From Zygophlyctis sp. KS116 (Eukaryota > Fungi > Chytridiomycota), in assembly GCA_054661495.1 (NCBI GenBank), contig BAAFSQ010000067.1:1-32000 (forward strand): 32,000 bases of DNA. Reading direction: 5' to 3'. Under the pieces are notes generated by a model. It was not told the origin of the DNA. It made no database searches and saw only the letters and a program-made list of their open reading frames with translations. A program made the translations under genes and the position numbers. This document shows positions 29,901 through 32,000 of this stretch, one piece after another (positions within the stretch are counted from its first letter, which is position 1; each line of letters opens with the position of its first letter).

Positions 29901-32000
29901 TTCTAAATCGTCAGATAATGAACATAGCGATTCTAATCTGTTTTCCACCCCACAAGCTTCTATCACGAGATTATGTTTAACCGTATCAGTCATAATCTTC
30001 TTAAATAATTTATCGATTCTATCAAATTTAGCAGCCTCATCCGGAAGCTGCATCCTTATATCACCCGAGCCAATAAAAATCGACTCAAGATACATCCATT
30101 TCCGTTGAACGACCATCCAAACTTCTAAAACCTCCCCAATATGAGAAAGTATCTTTTCCCATTGCTGGACATTAGATGCGAAGGCAGCAACAAATTTGGA
30201 TGCATTCATAGATTGTAAAGACATCGCATTATCATCTAAAGCTGTGCTGATTTCATCTATCGCACCAAGAATATACCCTCTGTCATCAGCCCCCTTGGAA
30301 TATTTCATTACAGTAAATTTGAGATTCTTCCAGTTATGCTCGATCTCACGCAGTGCATTTTCAATACTTAATTCCTTCATTGCGCCAGACACCATTTCTC
30401 CGATAGCTTCTGAATGTTGTGATAAATTCATTGAAAAAACTTTCTCAAGCGTAAAACTTTCAGGATTCATATCAAAAACCTGACCTGTTATCTCCATCAA
30501 TCGTTTCCAATGCCTTTCACGTAAAGCATCATTTTTTAAATCACTAAAAAGAGGAATAGAATCTTTAAATGACAAAATTTTTTCTGCTACCACATTGTAC
30601 GGTTGAAGTAATTTGAGCTCCTTTGGTAGCTTTTTCAATCTGGTGGCAAAGTTATCCATCCCCTTTGTGAGTGCCAATATATCAATATTTATCCATAATG
30701 CTTTAGCCCATAGATTGATAGCTTCCCTCACATCTATATAAAGCTCGTAAATTTTCTCCAACTCCTTTGTTTCTGAAGCGACCTCGTGAAGCTCGTTATA
30801 AGAGGTGATGGTCAAATTAAAAAGTTTTTCGGCCTTAACAAGAGCTTCCCTTTTGAGGAAAAGAGATTCTAAAGTTGACTTATATTGCTGCAAAATTGTC
30901 AGTCCTTCTTCGAGATCTGACCTTATCACACCAGGGCCACTAGTGATAAACTCCTCCTTCATTTTTTTCAATTCCAATTTAAATTCTTTAACTTGGTTCT
31001 AAAAAAATCAAACTTAAATGGGCTTACTTGAGTAGTCTCTGCAAATTTGATCTTAACGGGAATAAGGTCATTATCAACCTTCTTTGATTCCGATAGTAAA
31101 TCATTCCATTGATCTGCGAGAGAGTAGGCTTCATTAACTTCATTAACTTCTATTTCAATATTATACATGAGAAGTGTTCTATAAGACTCTGCAACATCTC
31201 GGTATTGAACTTCAGTGTCTTCCGAAGTACTCCATATTTCCGAAATCGTATTTAATACAAATGTGAGCTCATTAAGATCGGTTGGAAGTTTAGATAAATT
31301 ATTCCTATAAGTTGAAATTTTCGTGTTAATTGAATCCAATCCGTGTTTGCAAATCTCATGAAGCCGACAGCCGATTGAGTAAATCCAGCTAGTAGCTTCA
31401 CTATGGATAGCTGCCTGAAGAGGTGTAGTATAAATACGAATGAAATCAATATCCTTGGTTGATATTTGTGCATCTACATCATTTGCCAGTTTTGAGTAAA
31501 AAATTAACTTATCATCATAATTAATGACACTGGGCTTCTTCTGCGCAAACTTCTCCAGGGTGATGACCTAAATATTAGTTTCAAGTCAAGTGGCTACTTT
31601 GTCAATTTTCCAAAGAGGTCTATATTTGCGCCAGGTATCAAGATAGCGACCCAAAGATGAAAAAGACTTTGATAATGTGTTATTAAAATTGCTGACCAAA
31701 TTTAGAATCATCTGATTATTCACCACGTCAGTGTAAAAACTAAATACATATGGATCATCTTCATCACTGATTTTTTGAGGAGGGGTGATGATACATGATC
31801 CATGTTGCCAACGGTGAAACTGCTTAGAAGTATCCACTAATCCTCTCGTCAACTTAACCATCAGTTTATAAATCTCGGGCGCCGAAGGAACTGTCACAAT
31901 TTCCGGTGCAGATAAGATTGCCTGTACTTTAAAAAGAGGAGCATTTCTTGGCTTAAAAACCTTTGATCCCTGGCTACTCTTATTTCGAGGCTTTTTAATA
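20949..32000 (-). CDS. DNAH10: Axonemal inner-arm dynein heavy chain I1/f alpha; 5' end lies outside the window
   Basis: P-loops [35 protein letters not shown]. Also [42 protein letters not shown]...EKFAQKKP...YDDKL (DNAH10-type tail) and C-terminal [15 protein letters not shown]. Introns 31568-31597, 30999-31027, 29753-29776, 29107-29135, 26036-26065, 25724-25751, 25534-25559, 25186-25211, 21631-21659. Confidence 0.92.

Noticed and set aside
22007-31002. Many plus-strand ORFs of 60-140 aa opposite the dynein gene; similar shadow ORFs at 3274-3513, 7914-8243, 8350-8655, 18914-19720 and 20599-20859
   Set aside because: Antisense or alternate-frame shadows of conserved genes with no recognisable motifs.
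413-31897. Fragmented ORFs suggesting pseudogenes, frameshifting or stop-codon reassignment
   Set aside because: Every break is explained by a canonical GT-AG intron that restores conserved motifs under the standard code.
1-32000. tRNA, rRNA, transposase or viral genes
   Set aside because: None recognisable; almost all sequence is accounted for by host protein-coding genes.

Overview
AT-rich, extremely gene-dense eukaryotic DNA. It is most likely from a flagellated (zoosporic, chytrid-type) fungus; this is inferred from fungal-type housekeeping genes alongside axonemal dynein DNAH10, TMEM17-family, PTPDC1 and FBXO36-like ciliary genes. The fragmented ORF track resolves into 17 protein-coding genes once tiny GT-AG introns are removed. 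I reconstructed 55 introns by hand: 54 are 23-32 nt and one is 63 nt. Gene order: DEDDy exonuclease-SF1 helicase fusion (+), STN1 (+), PAN2 (+), small fungal hypothetical (+), UBAC2/Dsc2-like (-), transketolase (-), bacterial-type tandem class II aldolase-like (+), small RING (+), TMEM17-like (-), CSN6 (+), KIN17 (-), FG-less Nup49/Nup58-like (+), DNAJC8 (+), CHID1 (+), F-box-less FBXO36-like (-), PTPDC1 (-), partial DNAH10 (-). Most notable points: (1) a micro-intron splicing regime with apparent length-based 3' splice site choice and an in-frame stop in every 3n intron found; (2) an intact exonuclease-helicase fusion; (3) a probably catalytically dead bacterial-type aldolase head-to-head with transketolase; (4) a 9-bp in-frame STN1-PAN2 junction; (5) a double-length intron that may be nested or hairpin-shortened. 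Family assignments rest on recalled motifs, not database searches, and all splice models are predictions.
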